From the NCBI RefSeq assembly GCF_006345805.1, contig NC_043000.1, positions 52,204,001 to 52,268,000 of the forward strand: 64,000 bases of DNA. The letters are read 5' to 3'. Within the stretch, counting starts at the first letter, position 1. Each line of letters opens with the position of its first letter. This stretch comes from Octopus sinensis. Its lineage: Eukaryota. Made by a program: the position numbers and the translations under genes. Below, in pieces: positions 15,021-27,632 of this stretch. Below the pieces are notes generated by a model that was not told where the DNA came from, made no database searches, and worked only from the letters and a program-made list of their open reading frames with translations.

Positions 15021-15559
15021 CAGGCAGTGGTTCTCATGGCTTCTGATCTTAACTGATTGGAAGTGTTATCATGTACATTGTTTTGTCTTGGTATAAAAGA
15101 TGGGCTACAGCAAATATTCTGCTCAATACCACAGATTTGCTTGTCAGTTGTTTGACCGTAACCAGTTGAGCACGTCCCTTAGTGGCTGATGATATGTGCA
15201 TCTCTGATCACGAGCAGAAGTAGTGGGGGAGTATCATAGCCATGTGTTGAGAGGGATTCTTTCGGGTTTGAATAATTCACCTCTGGAAACATGGGTGTTT
15301 CGTTCAACATCCTTAAACAACCATTACTCAGGGACCTTTTGAGCAGGATGGGTTACTCGACCAGAAGAAAATTCTAACTGGGCCCCACCTACAAGGTCAT
15401 GTGCTGTTTATCTTGATATGAGATCATCATGTCGCGCACATATGGTTGTGATGCATGTGCCTGGTGTATCCTTATCAGACGGGTAGTCATGACGGGTATC
15501 CTGGGTTTCGTATATTTTACCCCAGTGTCACTTTGATGGCATGTACTGCTCTCTCACTC

Positions 15560-15560
<1 letters not shown>
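15020..15560 (+). mobile_element. Unclassified ~540-bp element embedded in (AAT)n
   Basis: Complex non-coding sequence bounded on both sides by AAT arrays; recalled as a common octopus interspersed repeat (not verified). Confidence 0.45.
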
Positions 15561-15621
<61 letters not shown>

Positions 15622-15770
15622 CATCCAAAAGTACCTTAGGAATGGGAATCCAGGTTCGAAATTTCCCAAAGACACCTCATCAAGGCTGGAGGGTATATCA
15701 ACTCAAACGTTGTGATAACAATAAACAAGATGAGTACAAATATCCGTCAAATGTAAATAATCTAAATAAC
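15622..15770 (+). mobile_element. HHR-containing SINE body (family C), decayed copy
   Basis: Collinear with 37957-38138 (ggttcgaaatttccc, aaggctggagggtatatca, aaacgttgtg, aaatgtaaataat); preceded by (AAT)n. Confidence 0.85.
15671..15716 (+). ncRNA. Degenerate hammerhead motif, probably inactive
   Basis: gacac-ctcatca-a-ggctg..caact-caaacgtt-gtgat. Core positions G5, G8 and G12 are substituted relative to CUGAUGA/GAAA; homologous to 38006. Confidence 0.55.
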
Positions 15771-15932
15771 ATGCATGTATGTGTCTGCTTATGTACACGC
15801 ATACACATGCGCACACAGACATACATGTACAATAGATGTAGCAGAGTGTATACAATTATTTACCATTGAAGCTCCATCAGTGTCTCTCATCACTCCTGTT
15901 TTTATATACGGACATACTGATGTTGAGAATAT

Positions 15933-16068
15933 TTACGTTCTGAGTTCAAATTCCGCCGTGGTCGACTTTGCCTTTCATCCTTTCGGGGTCAATAAAGTAA
16001 GATCTAATCGACTGGTCCCCTTCCCCAAAACTCTCGGGCCTTGTGCCTAGAGTAGAAAAGAATATTAG
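15933..16068 (+). mobile_element. tRNA-derived SINE family B
   Basis: gttctgagttcaaattccgccgtggtcgactttgcctttcatcctttcgggg; A-rich end. Confidence 0.85.
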
Positions 16069-17270
16069 CATAGACACATCATGTATATGTATTAAAATGA
16101 ATACTTCACCTATATGTATATGCATTTCTCTTCATTTCTCTTCATTTCTCTTCATTTGCAATATAAATCTGAAGTTAAAATACGCAATTGTTAGAAATAT
16201 ATCAATGTTAACCAGATGTTCTTGTTGGTTCACTAGAAACTGTGCCTCGCTCTCCTTGTTCAGTGACTCAGGACATCTTTTATCACATACTTGTAATTAG
16301 TAATTAGAGCTTTGTGTAATTGCAGGAAATATTCATTCGAAGAGTGTTGAATTCGCTTGCAATTATTGATTGTATTTGTAAGAGTTCCAAGGTACTGAGA
16401 TATTCTCTTGCATCTTATCCTCGTTTCTGTCATATTTTAATTATTTTGTTTCCGTTGTATTCCCCCCTCTCTCTGTACCTCTCTTTCACTTTTCGTCTTC
16501 CTCCCCTCTTTCTTTTAGTCCGTCTGTCTCTACTTGCCTATACATTTCTGGCATTACAGACGTCATTTGTTTCAAACGTAAGATTTCAGTTAATAACAAA
16601 TCCTAGGGATAACACGTCATACATTATGGCAGTCCGAACATTCTGTCATTTCACATTTCTAATTACTTGTCAATGATTATTTTCGTAAAATTTACAACGG
16701 AGAGTTCTGTACTCTCTAAAGAAAATTCAATATATCACTTTGTATATTAAAATATATTTATTTAAAAAAAAAAAACTGCAATTTTTCCCTACCAGTAAAC
16801 CCTAGGACTGTGTATACCGCTGTTTTAATGAGAAATTTTCACTTTTATCATTAAGGAAACAATAAGATTAAGTCGATTGTACCTATGATAAAAGAGCGTC
16901 CAGCCGTGATCATTCCGTCGTTTTGTATACCCTACGATGCATTATCGAATGTGTCTTTTCTTTAATTGAACAGAGTACTATTTGTAGTTAACCAAATGTG
17001 TGATAACATTCACATTGGCTGACTATGAAAATAATAATTCTTAGAATTGCCCATTGATCTATCACTAAACGAAGTCACTACGCAAAATTGCACTCACACT
17101 TCACCTGTTATCACCAAATGATTTCTGTTTGAACTGAGGTTATACGGAATGTTGATATATCGCAACACAGCGAAGGGGAACCCCGGAGTGTTGCCACATC
17201 GAACGCTATGAGACTAGTCTCATTACTTTATTTACTTACCTCGTATGTGTTTGCATGTGTATATATATAT

Positions 17271-18840
17271 AATGCGTCCCACATAATTAAGCAAATCAAC
17301 CTTCTCTCAATAAATAAATAAATAAATAAATAAATGCACATTCGTTCAAAATCAGTTGTTTCCCCACTGACTGTTGGCAATACCTATCTGTGCGCATTCT
17401 GTTAAAATAAATCGGATCAGTGCAGAGGCCAAGAAACGTCGGCCATTTATTTTTGTGACTAGGCAACATTTTCACCGTCACAAATTATTAGGCAAGTAAA
17501 AATAAAATTATAATTGAGTCAGAACAAACATTTAATCAAACAGTAAGAATTTAACAAGAACTTTTATAAAAGACAATGGTAAATATAATAATACGTTCGA
17601 ATGAAAATAATTATGGGATTATGATGCCATACAGTTTCTAAAGTTTGATGCATGATCCTCCGGAAGCAATAACCTTCTTTACGCACTGATCCATTGAATT
17701 TGTCAAGGTGATGATATCCACACGTGTCATGCTTTGAGCATCATCTACAATAACATCTCTGGGGGAAACATTACTTGAAAACTGCCGTCCAACTTGATAA
17801 ACACGATTCTTTAGGACACGTCACAGGTTATCGATCGGGTTTAAGTCAAACGACCTCCGGTGAAGCCTATTTGCTGCAGATATTTCTTAGAAAGAATTCT
17901 TTGCTGTATGAGACGGGACACTATCTTGCACATAGACCAGCTCTCTCTTGAATGAAAGCTTTTGATTTTTGAACCACGGTTGGAAATTGTCCTTTAAAAA
18001 GATAACACATGCTTTTGATGTCATCTTAATGCCATCTGGGACTTTCTATGACCCGACCATCATATCACCAACGACACCAGCCCAACACTTGATCCCGCCT
18101 CCCCCCTGTTGACGTCTCAAATAATGAGGACAGTTTCTACTGATTGACACTCAAACTTTACTCAAGCCATCTTGTCGGTGAAGTTGTAGCACAGCATTCG
18201 TCAGTGAACAGAAATGTTGAAAATCTATCTTCATGTAATCCTCTGCCTATTTAAGACTCTTCTGCTTATGCACAGCCGCCAGACGGGGCCTTGTAAGAGG
18301 TTTAGCATTCCTGGCTACCTTCTTCAAGGGGCGACTTCTGATAGTTTTAGATACCTCTTCCCTGCCACAACATTTGATGACGTCTTTACTTTTCAGACAC
18401 AGGTTCCGCACAACTTCCCTTTTCACTCGTGACAAAGTACGAATCGAAGCAACCCTTGATTTGCCTTCGTCTGCCCCCGACCGGACAGAAATAGGAGACT
18501 GCACAAATTTCTTCCCTGTTCGGTGATTTCTTCCCAATATATTGGATATTTGTATGGGTGTATTCATTTTTCCAAGCTCTGACACGATGGTAGACTTCTC
18601 ATTCAAGGTAATATCATAATGGCACTTAAATTGGGCACCTGTCTAATAATGGGGTAACAGAAATGTTGCTGCAACACGCTAATGTAGCCGTTTGTTTTCG
18701 ACTGCGCAAACCCAAATTATTTTAACAGAATGTGCACAGATAGGCGCTGCCAACAGTCAGTGGGAAAACAACTGATTTTGAACGAGCATATATTTATTTA
18801 TCTAGAGAAGGTTGATTTGCCTAATAATGTGGGAGCAGTG
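17271..18840 (-). mobile_element. Tc1-family DNA transposon with long IR/DR-type TIRs; transposase pseudogene
   Basis: TIRs: cccacataattaagcaaatcaaccttctct...tcgttcaaaatcagttgtt..cccactgactgttggca on the left mirrored at 18720-18840, TA flanks. Transposase N-terminus 18247-18606, then FTDE, GGG..WAG, QDS.PSH and DLNPIDNL motifs broken by stops and frameshifts. Confidence 0.93.
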
Positions 18841-18848
18841 TATATATA

Positions 18849-19182
18849 CTCTTTTATTTGTTTCAGTCATTTGACTGCGGCCATTCTGGACCACCACGTT
18901 TAGTCGAATAAATCGACCTCAGTACTATTTCTTTGTAAGCCTAGCACTTATACTCTCGGTCTCTTTTTGCCGAACTGATAAGTGACTGGGACGGAAAACA
19001 CACCAATCTATATATGACGGGTTTCTTTCAGTCTCCGATTACCAAATCCACTCACAAGGCTTTGGTTATCCCGAGGCTATAGTAGAAGACACTTGCCCAA
19101 GCTGGCATGCAATGTGACTGAACCCGGGACTATGTGTACGGGAAACAAGCTTCTTCTTACCACACAGCCGCACCTGCGCCTG
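18849..19182 (-). mobile_element. SINE family A with internal deletion
   Basis: Matches 7470-7877 (ttgtttcagtcatttgactgcggcc; tttcagtctccg..ccaaatccactcacaaggctttgg; gaagacacttgcccaag). Confidence 0.85.
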
Positions 19183-19379
19183 TATATATATATATATATA
19201 GTGGGGAAAATTTTTTTTAAAAATGCAGAATGCTCAAATGAAAGAAAATTTTAATAAAATGAGAAATTGATAAAATATATAAATATATATTTATTCAACC
19301 GGTTTTCGTCATTGTATGACTTGTCTTTTCCTTACTTATCATTTCTCCACGTGCGGTCAACACAACCCCACCATTTATT

Positions 19380-19465
<86 letters not shown>

Positions 19466-19535
19466 CATACATAACATACATACATACATAGATAACATAC
19501 ATACATAACATACATACATACATACATACATATAT
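19380..19535. repeat. (CT)n-(TA)n-(TACA)n compound microsatellite
   Basis: Direct tandem repeats. Confidence 0.95.
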
Positions 19536-21139
19536 ATGTACTGACACGCGCTCGGACACACGCACATACACAACCACATACAATGTTATCTCACGTTATC
19601 AACACAGTACTGCGTAGTTATCTGATTCATGAAATGTTTTCTTCGTTGTAGTTGTTACCATTGAAGAGTTCGTTATTCACGAACTATAGAAAACCTGAAG
19701 TAGATGCTTTCGCATGGTATAAATATTTGTATGAATATACATGAGTTTTGTATGTATTTATATAAATCTATCAGGAATTTGTTGATTTTCTCGAACAATA
19801 AATTTGTCATTGAACAGAGAAGGAATCTTTATCTGAAATTAGATTTTACGGAAAGTAAATTTCTACCACCGAGTTTAATAAAAAAAAAAACACTTTTAAA
19901 AATTATATTATCAATGTTAATATTTATAAATCCGAGAATACAAAGCGATAAAAATACTTTTTCAGGATTTTCATTTAATAGTTGTATTGTAATCTAAAAT
20001 GTATAGAAGACATTTGAATAATATAGAACTTACTTTATTTTCCCGCAATTTAAATTCCCCGGTGTTATATACTAGTGAAATTGAATTTGCTGGATGTACA
20101 TAAGAGAAAATAAATTACTATAGAACGTACTTACATAAGGGATTTCATTGATTTGCATATAGACATGTAAATAAGAGATTATTCATTCGGATCATCCAAA
20201 ATTTAAGATTTAGAGATGCAAGCAAAGCGTAGTGTGATGTATAGTATACTTAACAAAATCTTCTATATTCTTTTAGCAAATATTGTTTGAAGATCACTAA
20301 TACCGACACAAATTTTTCTCGTTTGCCTTACTCAGCGATAGTTTCAACAAAAGAGTGAATATATATTTCCGACAAACGCAAGCTGTAAAGACATTTTCCC
20401 AGTAATCAAAGTTAAAATTGGCAAAATAATATATAACTTTTGAATTGAATACGATTTTTACGCGTCAACTAATGTTTTATAATGCATTTCTTTCATAATT
20501 ATAGGAAACATTATTAAACACTTGCCGCAGTTGAGCCTAATTTATACAAACAATATATAATGTGATGTTAATATATCAAATACGCTAAATAGCAATCTGT
20601 GGACAATTAAGATGTGAGTAAACACTATTACTCGCTGAATCGCTAGTTATTAGTCGTTCAACAAAACGTATGTCGTAGGTACTATGAACAGCTGCAGTCA
20701 AGCATATACTACACTATACGTCATGAGGTCGTGATGGAAGATAATGTGTAAGAAAATAAGCATAATGGAAAATTTCTGAAGGGTGTCGTCGGCGTAAATA
20801 AGTTGTAGCGAAATGAAAGTAAATTTACTTAATAAAATGAATCAAAAATAATTTTTGGTCAATTGAAATTAGTATTGAGAAAATACCTGTCAAATAGAGA
20901 ACACTGATATTTAAATCGATTAAAAAGTAAATAGTAGTGGGTGCACTGGTTAATGTAGAAAATCTATACAAGAGGCAATCCCAGTAAACTAGAGCAGGCA
21001 TGCACAATATATTTACTGTTATTCTGTCATCACTTCTTCAGCCAGAAACGTAAAATCTATCTATTTCTCGGGATGTTCCTAAAACACCATAACAATTCAA
21101 GAGTTGTCTCCTAAATAATTAAAGCAATAATGTTTGATT

Positions 21140-21685
21140 TAGATCGTCGTCGTCGTCAGCATCCGTCCGTCTCGAGAGACGATGGTGTAGCTCGTAAAAG
21201 GTTGTGGGTTTATCTGCACCTCTTCCTGTTGAGCTACAAGGCCTCGGCAGGTTTGTATGGGGGATCAGCTGTTGCCCATGCAGTTTGATCCCCCCTCTCC
21301 CCGCAGCTGGTAGCTCCAAGGGAACGACGGGTCGATACAGCTTGGTATCAGATGCGTCGCAGGAGATGCCGGTGATAACATGTTGTGTCAGGCCGCCTTA
21401 GGGACTCCAGCTCCGGATTTTCTGTCGGGTTTTACTCCCTTAGCCCTCCCCTGGAGAGGGTCTTGCCGCCAGGCAGCGGAGGTTTGAAATCGGAGTTTCC
21501 CTCTCCTAGTTGGGCTGCCAGTCAAGGCTATCGAGTCCCAACTACCCGAAGCAACTGGTTTTAAGGCGCCAGTGACTCGCCTTTGCCCCTTTCCCTGTCT
21601 GTGGGAACAGTTTCGCTGCGGGAAGGCCAGGAGTTGGACTTGACTGTCAAAGGCTACTTGCGACGCACGCCGTGGGAGCACTTTG
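21140..21685 (-). mobile_element. Bipartite non-autonomous RTE-derived element (5' UTR joined to 3' end, (GAC)n tail)
   Basis: GC-rich non-coding sequence resembling RTE/BovB-type 5' UTR (ggcgccttaaaaccag, ctaggagagggaaactccgatttcaaacc, aaaatccggagctggagtccctaaggc; recalled consensus). Ends ccatcgtctctcgagacggacggatgctgacgacgacgac; no ORF2. Confidence 0.7.
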
Positions 21686-21764
21686 TAGGCAGTGGGAGCT
21701 TATCCCCGCTACCACTCCCGGCTATGACAGCCTTTGAAACTGATTTAGATACAAGACTAATAAT

Positions 21765-21865
21765 TATAAGGGAAAGGGGTATAGTTAATACTATCGATCC
21801 CAGTACTTGACTGGCACTTTATTTTATTTTCTGGATCCTGGAGGGACTAGAGGCGAAGCTAACTT
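21765..21865 (-). mobile_element. SINE family B 3' fragment
   Basis: atcgatcccagtacttgactggcactttatttt resembles the reverse complement of the family B body. Confidence 0.5.
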
Positions 21866-22179
21866 TCTCATGATATTTGTGAAATATCTGTTTGACTTAG
21901 CTAATAAATTTTAACTGATCAAAATGATACCCGTAGGGTGGGGTGTTTGTCATTAGCTTTATTATCTATTAGGTAAAGAAAATCAGAGGGGACGATCACA
22001 AAATTTGACATAATGGTGAAAATTCAGGGTATGATTAGGCCTAATAAAATCACCCCAGGAATGCATGATCTTAATCATAGTACCAGATAAAGATAACTAA
22101 TGAATAATCACTGAGTTGTGCCGTAGAATGCAAGTGGATTAGGAAAATACAAAGAGCTGAATCCTGTTATTTCTACTAA

Positions 22180-22595
22180 TCTATATATATAAAACTCAAC
22201 TTGTGTGTCTGTGTGTGTATCTGTGTGTGTGTCTGTGTGTTTAACTTCTCGGCACATCTCCTCCTAGCCGACAAATCGTAGAACCACCAAAAATGGGTCA
22301 CTTAACGTTTGAACTGCGCTATTTCTGTTCCGAAATTCATCTCGCAAGTGCAAAAATCGATAATGTGTTTGTTTAGGCCTTATCCCATGCATTGAATAGT
22401 GAACTTTACTCAGTCAGCTGTTTGACGTGAACTGTGTTCACCACGCGTGCAAGCATGCGTAAATTGCATGAAAAATAAAAAACTCAAGATATAAAAACCA
22501 ATCGCCGTAAACATTGTAGAAATTCGGCAAAGAAATGAATTTTCGGGATGTAGTCTGGAGGGTTTTTTCGTATTAATATATATGTATATATCATC

Positions 22596-22642
<47 letters not shown>

Positions 22643-22940
22643 TGTATGTATCTATATATATATATATATAAGAATATGATAGAAGAAGGCTAACTCTTCC
22701 TTCCGTAGAAGAAAAAATTCAAATCGGACCATGTTAACACCAAAAATTATTTATATCAAAAAGGTGCCTTTTTTTCTATGAAAATCCCTATTTTTTACGA
22801 TGTTTTGACGGCTGTGTCGCCATTTTTCGGTGTATTTCACTTAAAGAGAATAACAAGCTGATTACTGCCAAATGTTTACTTTTCAAAAATTCCAATTCTA
22901 AAGTGTCTAAACAAACCGCCACGCCGGGCGATACTGCTAG
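22180..22940 (+). mobile_element. Non-autonomous Helitron
   Basis: A|TCTATATATATAAAA 5' end, subterminal hairpin cgcc-acgccg-ggcg (22917-22930), CTAG|T 3' end (22937-22941), no TSD, internal microsatellites. Confidence 0.85.
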
Positions 22941-24761
22941 TTCTTAGATATATTTGATTCGGAGTATTGAACTTTCTATACATTTTGAAGACTAAGATTA
23001 AAATTTATGCTGTTTTAATTGGCTTATTTCCTAATTTAGACTTATCACAATAGTGTGGAATTAAGTCGGATTGTAGATTTTTGCAAATTGAATGCCTGAA
23101 GCATCTTCTGCAACAAGAAAATAGAGATCTTAATATATTGTTGTTTTAGGTGGCATCAAAGTGACTCTAAGTGTTTGTACCATTTTCCTATAAAACGATT
23201 TAATTTATGTAAGATAATTTCTATCTTACATGAGAATATAAATACGAGTTTGGATTGAAAGTTAGAATTTATCGCATGAGGTACTTTAGCTAGAAAGTTG
23301 ATACTTCAGAGTACTTTAAAAAGAAAACGAGCACATTTCTTTATGTGAATTGAATAATGAACTTAAATTGCTTCCGGGATCTTATTTCCATTGCCTAGAA
23401 AAACGTTTTTCCTTGAAATACAGGAAAGAAGATCAGTGGCAATATTATATATCATGCTTATGTTCCATATTCCATCCAACAAAATTCGAATGCAGAAACA
23501 TCTTGCTCAAATATATGTCAGAATACTAAAGTCCATCAGGACCCAAAAACAACTGAAGAGAAACTCTATCTGTGTCATATGCTATGTTTATCTAAGCTAA
23601 ATTTCTAAAGTTTCTTCATATTAATATATGCATAATCGATCCTGTCACATTATTATGCTATTCCCAGCATGCATCAGCTGATATTATGCATGAGTATAAT
23701 GTAGGGAGAACAACGTATACATCAGCGTTTAAGAAGATATTGTTCCATGCCAAGGGTTATTCATATCTAAACACAATGCCACATTGTTAACTGAATCCTG
23801 TCAACAGAATATTATCATGTGTTTCACATTAGAAATTTACTATTTATCACAGTGGACAATTAAATAACAATTACAGACAGTCAGTCGATAAGAATCTTCC
23901 ATAAACAAAACACAAATATCATTTCAAATTTAGCTGCCTTCTGTTCTGTTTCTAACTGATGAAAACAAAAATTAAATTACAAAGTTATTCGTTTAATTCA
24001 ATACAAAACGTCATTGCATACAATACGAATATTTCCCTTGAAAGTTTTCCTGAGGTTCGTTCTACACAATATATAAGAGCACTCGAAGACAGATGAGGAT
24101 ACTAAGATAAACATAGGGAGCTTATATCATGTAAGCTCTGTCATATATACTCATACGCGTCTACACATAGACACATAGACACATGCACATATATATCATA
24201 CGTTTTATGTACTTTAAGAATATATTTCATGTGTATTTAAGAACTTTTGGAGTTACAATCTTGATACGCGCACACACATTTACACATGCGTTCATATTTC
24301 TATGAATTTATGCATAAATGTAAATTCATATATATATTTAAACACATACGCACAAACATCCCACACGTGCAAAAATATATATGTACATATAAATATATTA
24401 GGTACGTGTGTATGCACGTATGTAAATAAATATGTATGGCATATTTTTGGTGATAATGTCGAAGAAGTAGGAGAATCATTTTTGACAATAGTTCAAACCG
24501 CTTGCGTGCTAACGACATTCGACTTGTGGAAAAGCGTGTATGATATATAAAGCTTAAGAATGCCACTTACTGTTTGTGTTTTTATTACTATGTCTGTGTG
24601 TGTGAGCGTGTGTGTGTGTGTGTGTATGTGTGTGTGTGTGTGTGTGTAAATAAATACTCGCCATGTCGCGGCTCACCTATCGGAGTTTATTATTTAAGTT
24701 TGCGTCGATTCCTCCATGGTGTTCTTTTGTATTTATAATAAAATTAATATATACAAATTAT

Positions 24762-24834
<73 letters not shown>

Positions 24835-24953
24835 TAGTACAGTACTCTTTCTACTTCAGGGATTTTCACCTATCACGAGGGGTTTGGGAATGTAATAGCC
24901 GCGATAGTCGAGGGATTACTGCATATATGTATGAATTTACATATATGTATAGA

Positions 24954-27632
24954 CTAGCAGCATAGCTCGGCGTTGCCCGGGTATGTAAGAACCCCTAGTA
25001 GGCAACGCCTAATCCCAATGTAGTCCTTTCCATCTAGGGAACGAAGGTGCATGTGTAGGTTGCAATGTTTTCTCTTCACTCGAATACTTCTGTGTATACG
25101 ATGTTCCTAGCTGTCCTTTTGGGCGAAAACATGAAAACATCATTGCGCCTCCCAACGCGTGAACAGCCCACGTAGAGTTGACCGTGGGCGAAGCACTGTT
25201 CGACCAAATGTAATCCAGCGACTTGTAGCGTTTGGCCTTGGAATTTATTGATGGACATTGCGAAGCAGAGTTTAACAAGAAACTGAGAACGCCTGAAGTG
25301 GAATGGTAGGTCAGCGCCCGACGGTTGAAGGTGCATGCGTGGAATGAAGACGTCCTCTCCCTTCCCACAACCGGTAAGTATTGTGGCCGTTATTAAATGT
25401 GGTGCCAAATGTTTCACAACCAGATGTGTGCCGTTGCACTGTTTAGGTGGAACCAAGTTCCTGATGAGCATAATGGGCGCATCGACTTTTAACTTCAGGA
25501 TGTGTGGCGGCAGGCCTGGCGGTTCAAGTGGATTCAGGAATTCAACTGGATAATCGGCAAGCTCGGCGGGGTCTGCTGTCCTATCTATAGATTTGTAGAC
25601 CTGGACATCAAGTAGCTGGATATTGATGGAGTTGACGGTTGTATTTCGTGGTGCGAGAATAGCTCTGCCTGCCAGCCATTTTAGGTCACGTAAATTGTTT
25701 TGTAGGTCGTGGAAGACAGCATCTCGGAGTTTAGCAGGGGTGTCGACAGTGGTGCAAAGTGAGTCCAATTGAACGCAGCCGTCCGCATCAGCTGGCATCC
25801 TATTTTCACCGAGCGATAAAAGGTCCCTGGAGAATGCAGCGGATCCGCTGTCACCAATCAAATGCGCGCGCATATTAGTTTGGAGGTGCAAGGGCCGCAC
25901 ATGTTCCCAAAGAGCTGACGACTTAAGGCACGCGTGCCCGGCATCGGCACGGGTTCCTTTTGGAATAACAGGTAGAGTCTGCCTGAAGTCTGCTGAAAGA
26001 AGTAAAGTCAATCCTCCCATGGGGGCCGTGGAGTCTCTGATGTCTTGCAGGGACCTGTCCAGTGCCTCAAGGGCGCCTTTGTGTGCCATAGTGCACTCGT
26101 CCCATACGATGAGTTTACATCTGCGCAGAATGTCGGCCTGTTTGGAGTTCTTGGCGATGTTGCAGATAGGTGACTCGGACGTTATCAGATCGAGCGGGAG
26201 TCTGAAGGCAGAGTGGGCGGTTCTGCCACCCGGAAGCAACGTGGCCGCGATACCAGAGAAAGCCACGGCCAGGGCAATGTCCGTGTTGCGTCTGACCTCC
26301 GCCAGAATTAGTTTCGTGACGAAGATTTTGCCAGTGCCGCCAGGTGCGTCAAGGAAGTAAATCTCCCCACGTTACTGTTTGACAGAGTCTACGATGGTGT
26401 TGTAGGCTATGCACTGGTCTGGAAGCACTCGTGGTTCATTATCTTGGAGTAGGAAGTTTCGCGTAACAATTCAGCAGACATAACATTGGCATGTTCACGT
26501 GTGGGTGGTAGAAGGCCGTACTCCGTTAAAGCAGAGCCACCCATATCGATGACAGCGTCTTCGAGTTGAATAAGTGCAAAATTGTAAATGAAGTTGGTGA
26601 ACGTGATCTCGACGGAAGGGCAGTGTTGCTGAGCCGTACATAAGAAGTCCTGCGACATGTCATCCCTGTATTTCATCCAAAGACTTAGTGGGTCACTAAG
26701 CTGACATTTTTGAAGAAGGATTGCGAAAAGATGTCGTAGGGCCGAAGGCGTTTGCAGTAAAGCGCCCTCTGCCATAGTGCCGTCCCAATGGGACTCATCC
26801 TCTAGAATGCCAAGTCTCAGACATGCTTCCCTGAAGGTGTCGCACAGAACCCCATTGACGGTACATATATTTCCGAAATCTGTTGGACCAGTGACCTCAT
26901 GTAGAATGAGACGGAGGTTTGGTTGGATTTTCGAATGTAATTTCTTCCTGGTAGGAATTGGGTTGAATTATCGATAGCTGTTTGATAGTTATTTGGGAGA
27001 GTAAGAGAGTTAAAAAGGTCGAATTGCGTCCCCTAGACAGTCTGTGGTTTGTGTTTAATACACAAATCGGTTTGCTATGTGTGCCACATATGATTTAATT
27101 AACCGATTTTTTCCAGTAATAAAGTATCCTATTGGAATCAAAAGGGCCATATAGCTCCTTGGAGCAGACATGATGCTCGCTGTGAATTTAAAAACAAATT
27201 CCTGCCAATTTGTGAAAGATATTGTCGAAAATATGTCATCGTGAATTTGAACGCGATTTCCGAAAATTGCATGATTTTATCGAGTTTTTCTGATGGTAAG
27301 GTATTGCATGGAAAACTAACGTCAGAATTAAGTTTCTTAGGGTAACATTAAGCTTCACCATGAGTTTGGTGAAAATCGTTTGCAAGTTGCGAAAACTACA
27401 ACAGAAAATGTGTTGCATATGAAAAGCTTAGATTCTCGACCCCATGTCGAATTCATCGATTTTTTCAGAACTGGGGGAACTTTTCAAAATTTTCGCTGCG
27501 TTAGTTTTGAATTATGACATTGGGCTATGTGTGTGTCAAGTTTCATCAGAATCGATTGAAAGCCGTGGTCAGGGTGAGGGTACAACCTGACAGACACACA
27601 GACAGACAAACTGCCGTTTATATATAGAGAGA
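24954..27632 (-). mobile_element. Internally deleted Helitron with both termini
   Basis: Minus strand: A|TCTCTCTATATATAAA 5' end (27632), hairpin cccgggcaacgccgag, then tgCTAG|T (24954). Encodes the helicase half of RepHel; no Rep/HUH motifs seen. Confidence 0.92.
25076..26910 (-). pseudogene. Helitron RepHel C-terminal Pif1-like (SF1B) helicase, disrupted
   Basis: Walker A DAPGGTGKIF (26321-26341), GIAATLLPGGRTAHS, Walker B IVWDECTM, DFRQTLPV, FAMSINKFQGQT, HGQLYVGCSRV. In-frame TAA at 26372-26374 and a frameshift near 26410-26450. Confidence 0.93.

Noticed and set aside
23391-23660. Degenerate C2H2 zinc-finger exon (KVHQDPKTTEEKLYLCH in one frame)
   Set aside because: Only linker-like resemblance; Cys/His spacing needs several frameshifts and stops
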